A stretch of 62,899 bases of DNA, filler included, from Trichomonas gallinae (GCA_008369845.1; 8 parts of 8 records of this genome joined end to end with filler, not necessarily neighbours in it), one strand, 5' to 3'; numbered from the whole stretch's first letter, positions 11,308 through 22,640 are shown. Numbers and translations: made by a program. The notes: generated by a model from the letters alone, not told the origin.

Positions 11308-11943
11308 TTAAGTTTCAATATCAAAAATAATAACAAGAACAAAAAGAAAACTTCGATTTGAACAAAACCATGGATTGTTGAAACCTGTAATACAGTGGCA
11401 GAATTTTGGAAATGGTGTAGGGAGTGGATTTCTTCGATTATTACAGCTTGTGTAATTATTTGTAACTTTTAGACCAAATAACGATTCATATGGAAAGTTT
11501 GGCCTCACAAAAACATTCTGTAAAGTAATTTTATTATTATTAATCGTAAAAGTATTCATTCCGCAATAATATATATTAAATATTCTCGAAGTATAACCAA
11601 AATTTTCATGAATATATTTGATTTCATGTGTTATATATAAGTTATCGATCTTAGAGTTAGCCATAGCTGAAGTATCAATTTGTTCGAGTGTATCTGGTAA
11701 TATTACTTTCTTCAAATTAATATTATCTGCTATTGAAAATATTGGCAATATCTTAAATATGCATGATGATAAGTCTAAATATTCAAGATTGAAGCATCCT
11801 CTGAAAGACGAATCCTCAATTGAAGTAATGGGTAAATCAATCTTCAAATATGGTTGATTATAACCTGAAAAGCCACAGATTCCCGATATTTTTGTTACTG
11901 TGTGCTCTATAATCTGTGTGCAGTTATGTGGATAAGCAATCAA
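11308..11943 (-). CDS. BspA-like LRR protein, 3' part (5' end cut by contig end); tandem paralog of 9835-11073
   Basis: Nearly colinear with the neighbour (IAYPxNCTQxIEHTVTKISGI, LEYLDLSSCIFK, RRNPxPTPxPKxCHC). Confidence 0.8.
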   Translation of the reverse strand: MIAYPHNCTQIIEHTVTKISGICGFSGYNQPYLKIDLPITSIEDSSFRGCFNLEYLDLSSCIFKILPIFSIADNINLKKVILPDTLEQIDTSAMANSKIDNLYITHEIKYIHENFGYTSRIFNIYYCGMNTFTINNNKITLQNVFVRPNFPYESLFGLKVTNNYTSCNNRRNPLPTPFPKFCHCITGFNNPWFCSNRSFLFVLVIIFDIET

Positions 11944-12043
11944 NNNNNNNNNNNNNNNNNNNNNNNNNNNNNNNNNNNNNNNNNNNNTTAATTAATTAAN
12001 NNNNNNNNNNNNNNNNNNNNNNNNNNNNNNNNNNNNNNNNNNN
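11944..12043. other. artificial contig linker
   Basis: N44-TTAATTAATTAA-N44, which gives stops in all six frames. Confidence 0.97.
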
Positions 12044-12208
12044 TATGGCCTCCTAATTTTTGCCAAATGTCAAATTTTTGTTATGGCCTGAGAGTACCAT
12101 ATATAGTATTATCGAAATGTAACATTTCTAGTAGTATCATTATTTTGTAAACTAAAATTGAGAGATGACCGTCAGATTCACTTATGACCCTCAAATTCAT
12201 ATACGGTA
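12044..12208. mobile_element. terminus of a putative Tc1/mariner-superfamily (pogo/Tc2-like) element, copy 1
   Basis: 12138-12208 is identical to 48797-48867. Homology stops just after ...ATATACGG-TA (reverse complement TA-CCGTATAT). It lies at a contig start. Confidence 0.55.
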
Positions 12209-12554
12209 TTTAGAAACAAAATTAACTGTTTAGTAGCTTTTTATATAACAGACAACGAAAGATCATAGCTACTGAATTATATCTGTCCTTGCTCATTCAT
12301 ATTTAATTGCTAGAATTTTCCTTATACATAATATGATAAATTAATGCATAATATATTGTTTACAAAACCAAGTAATTACTCATCTCATCATCCAATGCTA
12401 TTAAAAAGCTACATTATTTTTTGGTGGTAAATCTTGAGCGCAAAACTATTATATGTTTATAGCATTAGATTCCTGAGCAATCAAATTGTTTGTCGTGACC
12501 ATTTAACTTAGAATATCATAACTATTTATCGATAAAATTGACATTTTTTATAAA

Positions 12555-14984
12555 ATGCAATTTAATCTTGGGGACAGAGCTGTTTATTCGATCGCGGATA
12601 TAGAAATTCCTGAAGAGCTTGTCAATGCCATTGAGGTTGAGGGATCGATTTGGTCGTTTGACGGGAAAAATATTGAAGAAATTTCAAAATTAATAATTGA
12701 AATGATAAAAATTAATAAAATTCGTGCACATTATATTTATCAAGTGATTGATGCACTTTCGAGACATAGACCCTTGATTACTTCAGAAATTTGCGAATTA
12801 TATCATGAAATTTCATCAAATGTTAATATCCACTTAGAGCCAAAAGACATATCCAAGAATATATGCTCTGTGCTTAGGTATAAAGGTTATATTGAAGAAA
12901 AAGAAAAATATATAATTGATCCTGAATCTGTTTTAAATATTTTCGATAAAAAATCGATTCCATACATTATAGCGTGGGATAATATTGATGATCTCAAGGA
13001 AGCATCAATAGACAAGGACTTCAACATTCATTCTATCTATCTTGTTATTGATGACTACCTGTCTATGCTCGATATTGCAGCTGCTTATGGTGCCGAGAAA
13101 TGCTTCGATTATCTTTTGATGAATGGAGTCGCTTCTACACCAGAGCTCTGCAAATACGCAGTGATGGGAGGCTCATTCGCCATTATTCACCATTGTGAAA
13201 GAGAAGGCTATGATTTTAGTGAATGTTTTCCAATTGCTATTGCGTATCATAGAAATGATGTCGCTGACTGGATTTTGGATAGAAATCAGTGCAGAATGTT
13301 GACAATGGTCGAGTGCTTGCAATACAGAAACACAGAGGCGATGCTATTCGCTATGCAAAATGGTGCTGATGTTAATTATCAGGAATCAATAACATCAGAA
13401 ACGGCTTTTACTGAAGCTTGCAAATCAGAAAATTTATCAGTCGCTGAATATTTGGTGAAAAATGGAGCAATCGTCGACATAAATCTACAGAGAGAGCCAG
13501 GCGAATCTCCTCTATTACGTGCATGCAGAATAAAGAACTACGACTTGATAGAATTTCTTCTAAAAATGGGCGCAGATGTTAATTTTATTTGCGGCGAAGA
13601 AAAATATATTCAGCACAACGCAATTTCTTATGCGTGTTACTCGAATGACCCAGAAATGGCGGAGTATTTCTTGAAGCGTGGAGCAGATCCTAACTCGATC
13701 ACAATAGAAACACAGGGAATGAGATTCGCTTGCGCCGGAACAAGTGTCAAATTTTACAAGACTCCGCTTTGGATAACATGCATGTGGGGCTTTTTTGACA
13801 TCGTGAAAATACTTGTAGAAAACGGTGCAGACGTCAACCAGAAGCTAGAATACATAAACAAGAATGGAAAAATTCAGACAAAAACAGCTTTGGCTTTAGC
13901 GTGCAGAGGAAAGTTCCCTGAAATTGCAGAATATTTGATAAATCATGGTGCAGATATGAATGTTATTGTTGACGACGATGAAACTGTTCTAACAATTGCG
14001 GCCGAAAAAGGATTCCTCGATGTAGTAAAAGTTCTCGTAAATCACAAAATAGATGTAAATATGCCTAAAAACGCTTTGCCATTAGTTAGAAGCTGCTCGA
14101 GAAAATTCCCTGATGTCGCAAAGTTTTTGATACAAAATGGAGCAAATATAAATGAAGCAGATATTTATGGAGTCACGCCTCTCCTTGCTGCTGTTAATTC
14201 AAAATCATTGACTACAGTCAAAGCTATTGTTGAAGAAGGAGCTGATTTGAATGTTAATGGATTAATTAAGGCATCAATTGAGCAGAATTCGCTTGAAATT
14301 GCAAAATATTTAGTCGAAAAGAAAGTGAAGGTTTCAGAAGATGACATAACTACAGCGATTGAACAAAGGAAATTTCAATTTATTGAAGTTTTACTGACTG
14401 ATTCTGCAAACGAGAGTTTTAAGAACGATATTTTCATTAAAGTGATCCAAAGCGGCGAAATAGCAACAATAAACATTATGTTGCAGAGAGGCTGCGATTT
14501 TAAGCAAGTCACACAAAATGACATTGAGATTGGTTTGTTTTCCGCATTGAAGATTGGTAAAGCTGACTCAGTGGAATTCTTTTTGAAAAATGGAGCAAAC
14601 ATTAATACTGTTTTTAGTGAGAGATTCACCCCATTATCACATGCTGCTTATAATGCACATGAAAAACTTTGCGAATTTTTGATCAAAAATGGAGCTGATG
14701 TAAATCTTATTGATAAAGATGGATATTCTCCATTATGCTACGCAATTCTATCTAAGTCATTCCAGATACTTGATATGCTTCTCAATAATGGAGCGGATGC
14801 AAATATTACGTGTGTCAAAACATTACCTCTTACTTTAGCATGCAAAATGAGAAACACTAGGTTTTGCGAGAGACTAATGAAAAGTGGTTGCAAGGTAGAT
14901 ATATGCGGCACAGATGGAGTTTCACCAAAAGCAGCAGCTAAAGAATTTGCAACACTAAAAATCATCAAAATGGTTTCAGACTAA
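12555..14984 (+). CDS. ankyrin repeat protein with N-terminal DUF3447-type region
   Basis: Many ankyrin repeats (TPLxxA...LxxxGADVN), preceded by a trichomonad-typical region (AAYGAEKCFDYLLMNG, AIAYHRNDVADWI). Confidence 0.9.
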   Translation: MQFNLGDRAVYSIADIEIPEELVNAIEVEGSIWSFDGKNIEEISKLIIEMIKINKIRAHYIYQVIDALSRHRPLITSEICELYHEISSNVNIHLEPKDISKNICSVLRYKGYIEEKEKYIIDPESVLNIFDKKSIPYIIAWDNIDDLKEASIDKDFNIHSIYLVIDDYLSMLDIAAAYGAEKCFDYLLMNGVASTPELCKYAVMGGSFAIIHHCEREGYDFSECFPIAIAYHRNDVADWILDRNQCRMLTMVECLQYRNTEAMLFAMQNGADVNYQESITSETAFTEACKSENLSVAEYLVKNGAIVDINLQREPGESPLLRACRIKNYDLIEFLLKMGADVNFICGEEKYIQHNAISYACYSNDPEMAEYFLKRGADPNSITIETQGMRFACAGTSVKFYKTPLWITCMWGFFDIVKILVENGADVNQKLEYINKNGKIQTKTALALACRGKFPEIAEYLINHGADMNVIVDDDETVLTIAAEKGFLDVVKVLVNHKIDVNMPKNALPLVRSCSRKFPDVAKFLIQNGANINEADIYGVTPLLAAVNSKSLTTVKAIVEEGADLNVNGLIKASIEQNSLEIAKYLVEKKVKVSEDDITTAIEQRKFQFIEVLLTDSANESFKNDIFIKVIQSGEIATINIMLQRGCDFKQVTQNDIEIGLFSALKIGKADSVEFFLKNGANINTVFSERFTPLSHAAYNAHEKLCEFLIKNGADVNLIDKDGYSPLCYAILSKSFQILDMLLNNGADANITCVKTLPLTLACKMRNTRFCERLMKSGCKVDICGTDGVSPKAAAKEFATLKIIKMVSD

Positions 14985-15485
14985 TTCTCATTTTTTTTTT
15001 AATTTAGCAAACTCATAAAAAAGATTTAAAATGTAATACATAGATTTGCCACAATATGTAGCAGGCCTTATTACAGGGAGAAAATCAATTAAAACTTATT
15101 GATATGATAAAAATTGATGCCTGATTTTTGATAAATTATTTTGGGATACTACAAACTGAGGCAAAAATTTACGTTGAATATTAATGTTATATGGTTTATG
15201 ATTGTCATATGCCATCAGTGTTTGTTTTGCTCTAAAAATGAATTCAAATAAATGTTATATCAGTTCATTAGAAGACCAGAGATCTTCTATTTCATGTTTT
15301 TTCTCGTATACATTATTCGGCATTCAATATGATAACTAATATGAAACACATAATAAAACATTATGTAATATACACTATGATATATATTCTATATATTTAT
15401 AATAGTTGTAGGATTGTAACTAGTTTGCCTACAAAGATACATAAAAAAATAAAGTTACATATAAAGAAATTCTTTTTTGACAGAA

Positions 15486-15497
15486 TTTGACATGTAA
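15486..15497. promoter_or_regulatory. TTTGACATGTAA upstream motif
   Basis: Exact 12-mer ~50 bp upstream of ATG 15549. Confidence 0.55.
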
Positions 15498-15548
15498 ATG
15501 GCAAAATTTTAAAATTCAAAAGTGTCAAATATACGTTTACAAAAAAAA

Positions 15549-16280
15549 ATGTTTTCGAGAACTCAGAGATCTGGTTACATTGAATCGTTTAATTCTACAG
15601 AAGATTTGGCTGTAGGAAAAGTCCCGTACATAGGAGAACTCCCACCATCATATTCTGCGAATTCTCCGGATTATGAAGATAACGATTTCAATTTCAAATA
15701 CCCGACAACTCCGAATATAAAAAACACAACAAGATCAGCAACATCAATGAGTTCTAGACCTTCTACTGCAAGACCTTGCGAAAAATATAATAAAATTCAC
15801 GAAAACGATGATGTATTCATTAGGGCACAGCAGAAGCTCATGGTACATGATCAAAATACAGCTAGACGCAAGAAATTCATGCATGATGAATTCGAACAAA
15901 ATGTTTTGAATCAAATCGATAATAAATACAGAGCGCAACTCACAGGAAGAAAATATCAGTCAAGAGCACAATCAAAGCTTAGAGCAGCATCACAATTGAA
16001 TTCAAAACCAATAGATAACTTGCAAATTAATACATCTGGATGCGAAGATAGATTGATGCATTCTAGACTAAATTCTAGGCAAGAGTCAAGGATAGAGAAG
16101 ATATTAAAGCAGTCAAATGAAAAAGAAGAACCAGAACCACATAAATTTGAAATGGATCCAAGAAGGAAAGTTGATACAAGGTTTTTCACTTATGAAATAC
16201 AGCCTAAGAAAGGAACTCGTTTCTATCCAGATAAGTTCGCTTCAAAAGTTTACGAAACTATTAATCAATTTCCAAATTAA
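15549..16280 (+). CDS. hypothetical hydrophilic protein
   Basis: 243-codon ORF from the first ATG (A-rich context). No family recognised. Confidence 0.75.
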   Translation: MFSRTQRSGYIESFNSTEDLAVGKVPYIGELPPSYSANSPDYEDNDFNFKYPTTPNIKNTTRSATSMSSRPSTARPCEKYNKIHENDDVFIRAQQKLMVHDQNTARRKKFMHDEFEQNVLNQIDNKYRAQLTGRKYQSRAQSKLRAASQLNSKPIDNLQINTSGCEDRLMHSRLNSRQESRIEKILKQSNEKEEPEPHKFEMDPRRKVDTRFFTYEIQPKKGTRFYPDKFASKVYETINQFPN

Positions 16281-16660
16281 TTTTATTTTTCTTGTTTTGT
16301 TTGTTAAAACCATGTGTTTATAGAGATATTTCATAATAATTTCGTTATTTAGTCGCTTTTCCCTACAAAATCACATATTAAAAGACTTTTATTATTTTGA
16401 TATTTATTTTATATTATAACAACATGTGAAACATATATAGAACTCAATAAAAAGATGTGCTTTATTGATATGATTAATAAAATTATGATTATTATTTTTT
16501 ATCGAAAAATTTGATTAAATAATGAATATATTTAATATATGAGTTTGTTAAATGTGATATTTGTTGATGTTAATAACTTCTTGACTCGACATAATTTTGC
16601 CTATGATGATAGATAAAAAGTTTATTAAACAAACATGAAAAAGATTAAAAAATAACAAAA

Positions 16661-19600
16661 TTAATCTATAATTTCGATGGGTGTTTGACAGTTTTCATCT
16701 TCAGATATAATTGAGTTTGTTCTTGGATCAAAATATTGGAAATTGTATACAGGAGGCTTTGGCGGTGTCAGAGCAACAACCCACTCTTCTGGGAGGTTTA
16801 CTGGCATAATATTTGGAATTCTGCTCAATTTCATCAAGAAATTAACAAATATTTTGTTTGGAGGATAATTAGAAATAATGAACTCAAACAATTCAATCTG
16901 CCACATGTTATTTGGCATTTCAACAAGTTTCGGCATCAAATAATGGAAAATTGGTGAAATATCTCTGATTTGTTCCAAAAAGTCTTGTAACGAAAAAGAA
17001 ATGTTTGATAAGAAACAGCACTCCATGTATATCGCTAATACAGCGCATCTGTTAAAATCTGCTCGACATTCCTGGAAAATCAAAGGAATCTTATCAATCA
17101 ATGAATTTGTCCTGCGTTTATAAGGTAATATAGCGAGAATCAGGTTGACAATCATTGTACAAGCTTCAATCGGCGCTTCTATCAATTTATTTAATAATGG
17201 CTTCAAACTGAGTCTAAACTGTCCAATCCACCTTGGATCATCAACAAGACCAAGTAAACCGTCATAAATATTGAAATAAACGGAATTATGTGTTAAAATC
17301 TTAATAACTTGATAAGCGAAACGAATTACTGCGTTATCATTCAAATAATAATGGCAAATCCTGAATAGAGCAGATATGGCAGGACAAATGTACGAAAAAG
17401 TGTTCATTGAAGGATATTCGTACAAATTCGCAAGAAATTGCATTGAAGCCGTTGTCATTATTCTGTAGGCCATGGAGCCTATTTCGAATATCATATTATT
17501 CATATTTTCTGTTCCTGCTGTTGTGAAACTCATTAATACTTCAACTGCCATTTCTGATTCGAAAAATGCGGCAACTTCTTCTTGTGATGCCATCTTGAGG
17601 TTATTAACAAGCTCTATCAACTGATCTGGAGCGGAATCCAAGCGTCTTCTGTTTTGTGAAATTTTCTTCATCAAAATTGAGCGAGTTTCTGGATCTTCTG
17701 GCGTCATAACATCCAACATGCAGTGGAGGACTTGGTCTAAATTCTTGTCTTCCACGATTTTTAGCTCTTCCAGTCTTTCAGATAAATGGAATAAGAAATG
17801 AAAGTGTTCTCTGTCGATATAACCGAGCGGGCCGATGAGATAAGCGTAGCAGTTGATGAGATTGACTGCGTAAAAGTCAGGATTCGATGCTGTTGAGTAG
17901 AATTGTTGTGGATTGCCCAAAAAGTCTTTCATTTTCGCGTTTATGACTGAAAGGATCATCTCTAATGTGGCAAAGTCATTTTCAAGGACTCTATCTTCGT
18001 TATGCTCGCTGTCTCCATTATATTCTGAAACAATTCCGTATTTGAACTGATATGGCTTCATAATTGGTGGTAATTTGTAGTATGGGAACATATCAACAAT
18101 GATTTTCTCTGCTGTAGCCCTTACATCTGAATTTGGATTTATTAATAACGAAATTAATTGGTCTGGATTCTGAATGAAGATATCATATGCTCTTGTATCC
18201 ATATTTCTAAGTCTAAGAAGCATGAATAAGAGGAATTTGTCCAAACAATTTTGATTTGCTGTGATTTCTATGTATTGGCCCAATGATTCGAATGTATTAA
18301 GAACAATATCAATCATTATTTGAAGGCCTTTTTCAACAACTGAATTTATCTTGCTAGAAACCATTAATTGAAGATAATCTCTAATATCAATTTTTTCTTG
18401 AGTGTTAAGCTTAAGAATGAGCTCAACAAATGTTTCTACACTGTAATAGGACTGGAAAATTAGGGAATCATACTGCAAAAGTGAACTAAAATCGAATTCT
18501 TCTGCAAACAACAAAACTTTCAGCAATGAACTAATATTTATGTTACTTAAGAACATAGTGTTTCGTTCTTCCCCATATATTGTAGCTACAATTTGAAGAG
18601 CTGCATTATAGACTTGTTCCATTGGAATTATTTCATGATAAAACTCTACAAAGTGCAAAAATACATCAAATATAGCAGGAAGTTGACTATAATTAAGAAT
18701 TAATGCTGGTATTTCATCCAAAAACTTCGAAATTAAATTTGTTGCATTTTCAACACCGAGAGCATCAATTGTTTTCATTGTAATATCCTTTGCCTTTGCT
18801 AATATATCATCTTTGCTTGTTTTATATATTTCAAAAATGACTGGGAAATTATTAAAGAATAAATCATTGAGAATATCAAGAGCATTTGGATTATTAGTGA
18901 AGAAATTGTTCAAAGCTGTCTGCATTTCATCGGAATATGATGATAAATAGGCCTTAGAGTAAATATTGCAGAAATATGGAATTGGATTACTGCAATTTTC
19001 TAAAACAAACTTCATAAACTCATGAGAAGCATCTGATTGCATCTTCTTGTACTCATTATTCCAATTTTGTATAAATTTGAGCTTTTCTTCATTGTAATTA
19101 ACTTTAATTTCTATATTTTCACCTTCTCTTACGTAAAACAGCAAATAAGCAGAAGATCCATCTTGCGATCCACCTGCTCCATACGCGTAGTTTAAAATTG
19201 TTTTCTCTTCAACACTCGTTACTTCACTATCATCGAATAAAAACCAATTTTGAAATTTCTCTTTGATATATGATGTGTAGTGGCCTCTTTCAGCTGACCC
19301 ATGGTGCATCACAATCCCATGCAGCTTGTAAATGCACGGGTCACCGGAATTCAGCATCATAGGAGATATATCGACCGTGTCAGAAAATTCGAATCTCGAG
19401 TTTACCTTATATCTTAAACCAGTTTCTAGACTAAATTCGAACCTTTTTAAGTGGAAAACTAGTACAGGCGGGGTTTCTTCTATTTTCGCGTATTTGATAA
19501 TGTTGATTTTTTTGCCGAGTTTCTCGGCAAAATGGTCTTCAAATCTGTCTGCTTCGCAGAATAAATCGAAAGATTTTTCAATTTTGTCTATGTTTTTTGT

Positions 19601-20095
19601 TTCGAGTCCTATTGAGAAAAACTCTTCATTATTGTATGTCTCGTATTCTTCTGTCTCACCTCTAATGATATGACGTATTGATCCCTTGAAAAGTTTCGAA
19701 GATTCTTTTGAAATCGAATTAATTAAATACATGAAAAACTCATTCGCGTCTTGTTGTTCTCGGGGGTTGATACTTTGCTTATTCCATTGGAAATTTGTAA
19801 CAAAAGATGAAGTGTCGGCGGATTTAACAATCGAATTTCCCATGCAAGTGAAAAGATCTTGTAATTCTGTAATTCCTGGCTTATCTTGTGGAGTATTCAA
19901 GAATTGTTGAACGAAAGGCTTCAATGCGAACAATTGTTGTAATACAGAATTCAAATAACACGTGCAGCCCATGTTATTCAAACCTGAGTACTCCAATGTC
20001 CTTTCTCTCATCTGAAGAATCGACCTATCGATATGTACACCTTGAATATAATCCAATAGATCGTTTTCATCGAATCTTTCGTGAGCAAAAAACAT
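16661..20095 (-). CDS. ubiquitin-specific protease (peptidase C19) with long helical C-terminus
   Basis: Cys box GLNNMGCTCYLNSVLQQ, QQDANEF, LKRF, His box HHGSAERGHYTSY, WFLFDD. ATG 20125 is an alternative start. Confidence 0.92.
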   Translation of the reverse strand: MFFAHERFDENDLLDYIQGVHIDRSILQMRERTLEYSGLNNMGCTCYLNSVLQQLFALKPFVQQFLNTPQDKPGITELQDLFTCMGNSIVKSADTSSFVTNFQWNKQSINPREQQDANEFFMYLINSISKESSKLFKGSIRHIIRGETEEYETYNNEEFFSIGLETKNIDKIEKSFDLFCEADRFEDHFAEKLGKKINIIKYAKIEETPPVLVFHLKRFEFSLETGLRYKVNSRFEFSDTVDISPMMLNSGDPCIYKLHGIVMHHGSAERGHYTSYIKEKFQNWFLFDDSEVTSVEEKTILNYAYGAGGSQDGSSAYLLFYVREGENIEIKVNYNEEKLKFIQNWNNEYKKMQSDASHEFMKFVLENCSNPIPYFCNIYSKAYLSSYSDEMQTALNNFFTNNPNALDILNDLFFNNFPVIFEIYKTSKDDILAKAKDITMKTIDALGVENATNLISKFLDEIPALILNYSQLPAIFDVFLHFVEFYHEIIPMEQVYNAALQIVATIYGEERNTMFLSNINISSLLKVLLFAEEFDFSSLLQYDSLIFQSYYSVETFVELILKLNTQEKIDIRDYLQLMVSSKINSVVEKGLQIMIDIVLNTFESLGQYIEITANQNCLDKFLLFMLLRLRNMDTRAYDIFIQNPDQLISLLINPNSDVRATAEKIIVDMFPYYKLPPIMKPYQFKYGIVSEYNGDSEHNEDRVLENDFATLEMILSVINAKMKDFLGNPQQFYSTASNPDFYAVNLINCYAYLIGPLGYIDREHFHFLFHLSERLEELKIVEDKNLDQVLHCMLDVMTPEDPETRSILMKKISQNRRRLDSAPDQLIELVNNLKMASQEEVAAFFESEMAVEVLMSFTTAGTENMNNMIFEIGSMAYRIMTTASMQFLANLYEYPSMNTFSYICPAISALFRICHYYLNDNAVIRFAYQVIKILTHNSVYFNIYDGLLGLVDDPRWIGQFRLSLKPLLNKLIEAPIEACTMIVNLILAILPYKRRTNSLIDKIPLIFQECRADFNRCAVLAIYMECCFLSNISFSLQDFLEQIRDISPIFHYLMPKLVEMPNNMWQIELFEFIISNYPPNKIFVNFLMKLSRIPNIMPVNLPEEWVVALTPPKPPVYNFQYFDPRTNSIISEDENCQTPIEIID

Positions 20096-20729
20096 TTTGA
20101 CATTTGACTTTACAAAATGTGACATAAATCATTAAAATTATTAAATTTTTCGGCTCTATTTCTGTTTCTTTATATGAAATTGCAAATGTGATGTGAAGTC
20201 AATTTTTTATTCTACATGTCAAAATTTTAAAAATTTTTGGCAGATTTTATTTTTTTCGACTTTTATCTTTCTGAGTTCATTCACTGCATTTAAAAATACT
20301 GACAATCGTCATTAAATGGACCTCAGCCAATAGTGGACCAATTTGTGATGTATAATAGTATGGTATTTAAAAATTTTATCGAAAAAATGTTGAATTTGAG
20401 TATTTAACAATTTAGGTCATTTTTGTGCTTTTGTTATTCTTATAATACATTAAAAATGCACTTTCCAGATCGATTTTTTTTTATGAAATGATGTGCTTTC
20501 CAATAGTGACGACAATACACAAAATAATAGAGACTTACAATACTATAGGTTAGTGTTTCCACTCATATTTCCATCAATTTAAACCATTTTTTTAAGTTTT
20601 ATAACTATCATTATATATGATGGTTTTAATGATACAAATAAAAATACATCTTTCAAATGAAGAATATATTAGTATTTACAAACAAATTATTTTCAATATT
20701 GAAAATTTCAGTATCAAAAATCAACTATA

Positions 20730-21878
20730 TTATGACCAGGCTGGAAATATGTTTCCTGTTGGTCGTATGCATTTTGATCCTTTGAAAAAAATCTGATTAT
20801 TTTTTCTCATTAATTCGTATTTGGCTTTGTTGCTTCCTAAATGAAAGAAATGGCATAGAACTGGATGTGTGAGATTCCTTCTTGCAGCTTCTGCTTTCCA
20901 ATCATGTTTTCCATCTTGATAAATTCCGCCTGCATTAACAGCAAGCATTGGATCTATAATACGAATCTTTATCATCGATCTGTCCTTCTTTGAGTAAGAA
21001 ATAAGTCCATCTAATGAGTTTACAATATATCGATTTAATTTCAATGAATTTCTAAATGCTTTTTGGTCTACAAGCTTGGGCGAGTTATACATTAATGGGA
21101 ACCAAACTTGTATAATATCTAACACTTCTTTTGTAGGATAGACTTTGTAAAAACCAAGATTTACAGACCATTTATAGTCTTTTGTGTTATTGAAGTATTC
21201 CTTGTATATATCATAGTTGTAGAACACTTTACTGTCTGATTGAACTTCAAGATCTGCTTCTTTGGTAAATAAAACATTTGGATTAGAGAAGAAAACAATA
21301 TCAGCATCGCTCATTATTGTTTCTACATTCCATAGAAGTAGTTGATGAAGAATTGTTGGACGTAATTTAACTAATTCGTAAAATAAAATAATTTTTTGGT
21401 TGTTAACACAATCGCTTGTGAAATTTGACTGTAGCATTATAACTGGTATATTCATTGAACGAAGTTCTAAGTATGATTTTGCATCAACAGCGATGATAAT
21501 AATTGATTTTTTATTGAAATCTGTACTTGAAAGGCTGCAATACCAATTTTTAGCGAAATGTACTTGACCATAGTTAGTTACAGTAAATATTACTTCATGA
21601 CGGCCAGTTTTTTTGTCAGTTGGAGATTTTTCAACAAAGCACCAAAGCTGTTGTAAGAATTCTTGTGGTAATTTCCATTTTGAATAAGTTTCATTAATAT
21701 TTGCTTGTTTTTCATTAGGATAATCAATTGAATTACATTTTTCAAAAAATTGTTTTTCTAATTTAGCGGTATTATATACTTGTTTCGATAATATTATCGA
21801 CAAGATGCATAACAAGAGTATTATGCTAAACGAGAATATGATAATTCTCTTCGGAGTGAAATTTCTTCTTCGAATAAT
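20730..21878 (-). CDS. nucleotide-diphospho-sugar transferase (GT77-like), type II membrane protein; apparent start is ATT, not ATG
   Basis: Motifs NYGQVHFAKNWYCSL, DAD (DxD), NLGFY, DQKAF. The open frame extends 21 codons upstream of the track start and adds a basic tail plus a TM anchor. Confidence 0.75.
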   Translation of the reverse strand: MIRRRNFTPKRIIIFSFSIILLLCILSIILSKQVYNTAKLEKQFFEKCNSIDYPNEKQANINETYSKWKLPQEFLQQLWCFVEKSPTDKKTGRHEVIFTVTNYGQVHFAKNWYCSLSSTDFNKKSIIIIAVDAKSYLELRSMNIPVIMLQSNFTSDCVNNQKIILFYELVKLRPTILHQLLLWNVETIMSDADIVFFSNPNVLFTKEADLEVQSDSKVFYNYDIYKEYFNNTKDYKWSVNLGFYKVYPTKEVLDIIQVWFPLMYNSPKLVDQKAFRNSLKLNRYIVNSLDGLISYSKKDRSMIKIRIIDPMLAVNAGGIYQDGKHDWKAEAARRNLTHPVLCHFFHLGSNKAKYELMRKNNQIFFKGSKCIRPTGNIFPAWS

Positions 21879-22540
21879 TTAAAAAGTGACATTAAACACA
21901 TGATTTTGGCTTTTCATATATAATACTTGTTATTGAGGATGCCATTGTTGCATTTCTATGAAATCATTCTAGTATGTTACTATTATGGTTCTACTGTATC
22001 TATATCCTTAATTTGGAAGGATTCCAATTGAAAGACTATGTGTCCACATCTTTGTCAAATTAGGTCTACTGTTTTGTACGTCAAAAAGTAAACTTTACAA
22101 TGACAGATTTTCCTAAAATCAATTTCTTCCTCAAATCGCTGGGTTGGGCATAATATCTATAGGTGAAAAGTGAAACTATTACAATGTATAGTTACATTTT
22201 AGAAAGAAGTCAATAATTTTGTTAAAATATTTTATTAATTTAATGATCGTTTGTTTGGAATATAAATCAAAAGCACTCAAAACAATGTTATGAAATTTAT
22301 CTCATTTGAAACTTAAAACTTAATTTTCAAAATGATACTGCAGCAAGATCAAGGAACTTTGCATATGTATCCTCCATATAACACTGTACATATATCTAGA
22401 GTTTAAGTCAAATTAAATGTTTCAATAATATATTATATTGCTTATATGAACAGTAAAAAGAAAGGTACTCCAGCTGACGTCTGACGCTCCGTTGGCAGCG
22501 AAACTTTGGATATAGGTAGACCATACCATAGAGGATATAT

Positions 22541-22640
22541 NNNNNNNNNNNNNNNNNNNNNNNNNNNNNNNNNNNNNNNNNNNNTTAATTAATTAANNNN
22601 NNNNNNNNNNNNNNNNNNNNNNNNNNNNNNNNNNNNNNNN
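22541..22640. other. artificial contig linker
   Basis: N44-TTAATTAATTAA-N44. Confidence 0.97.
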
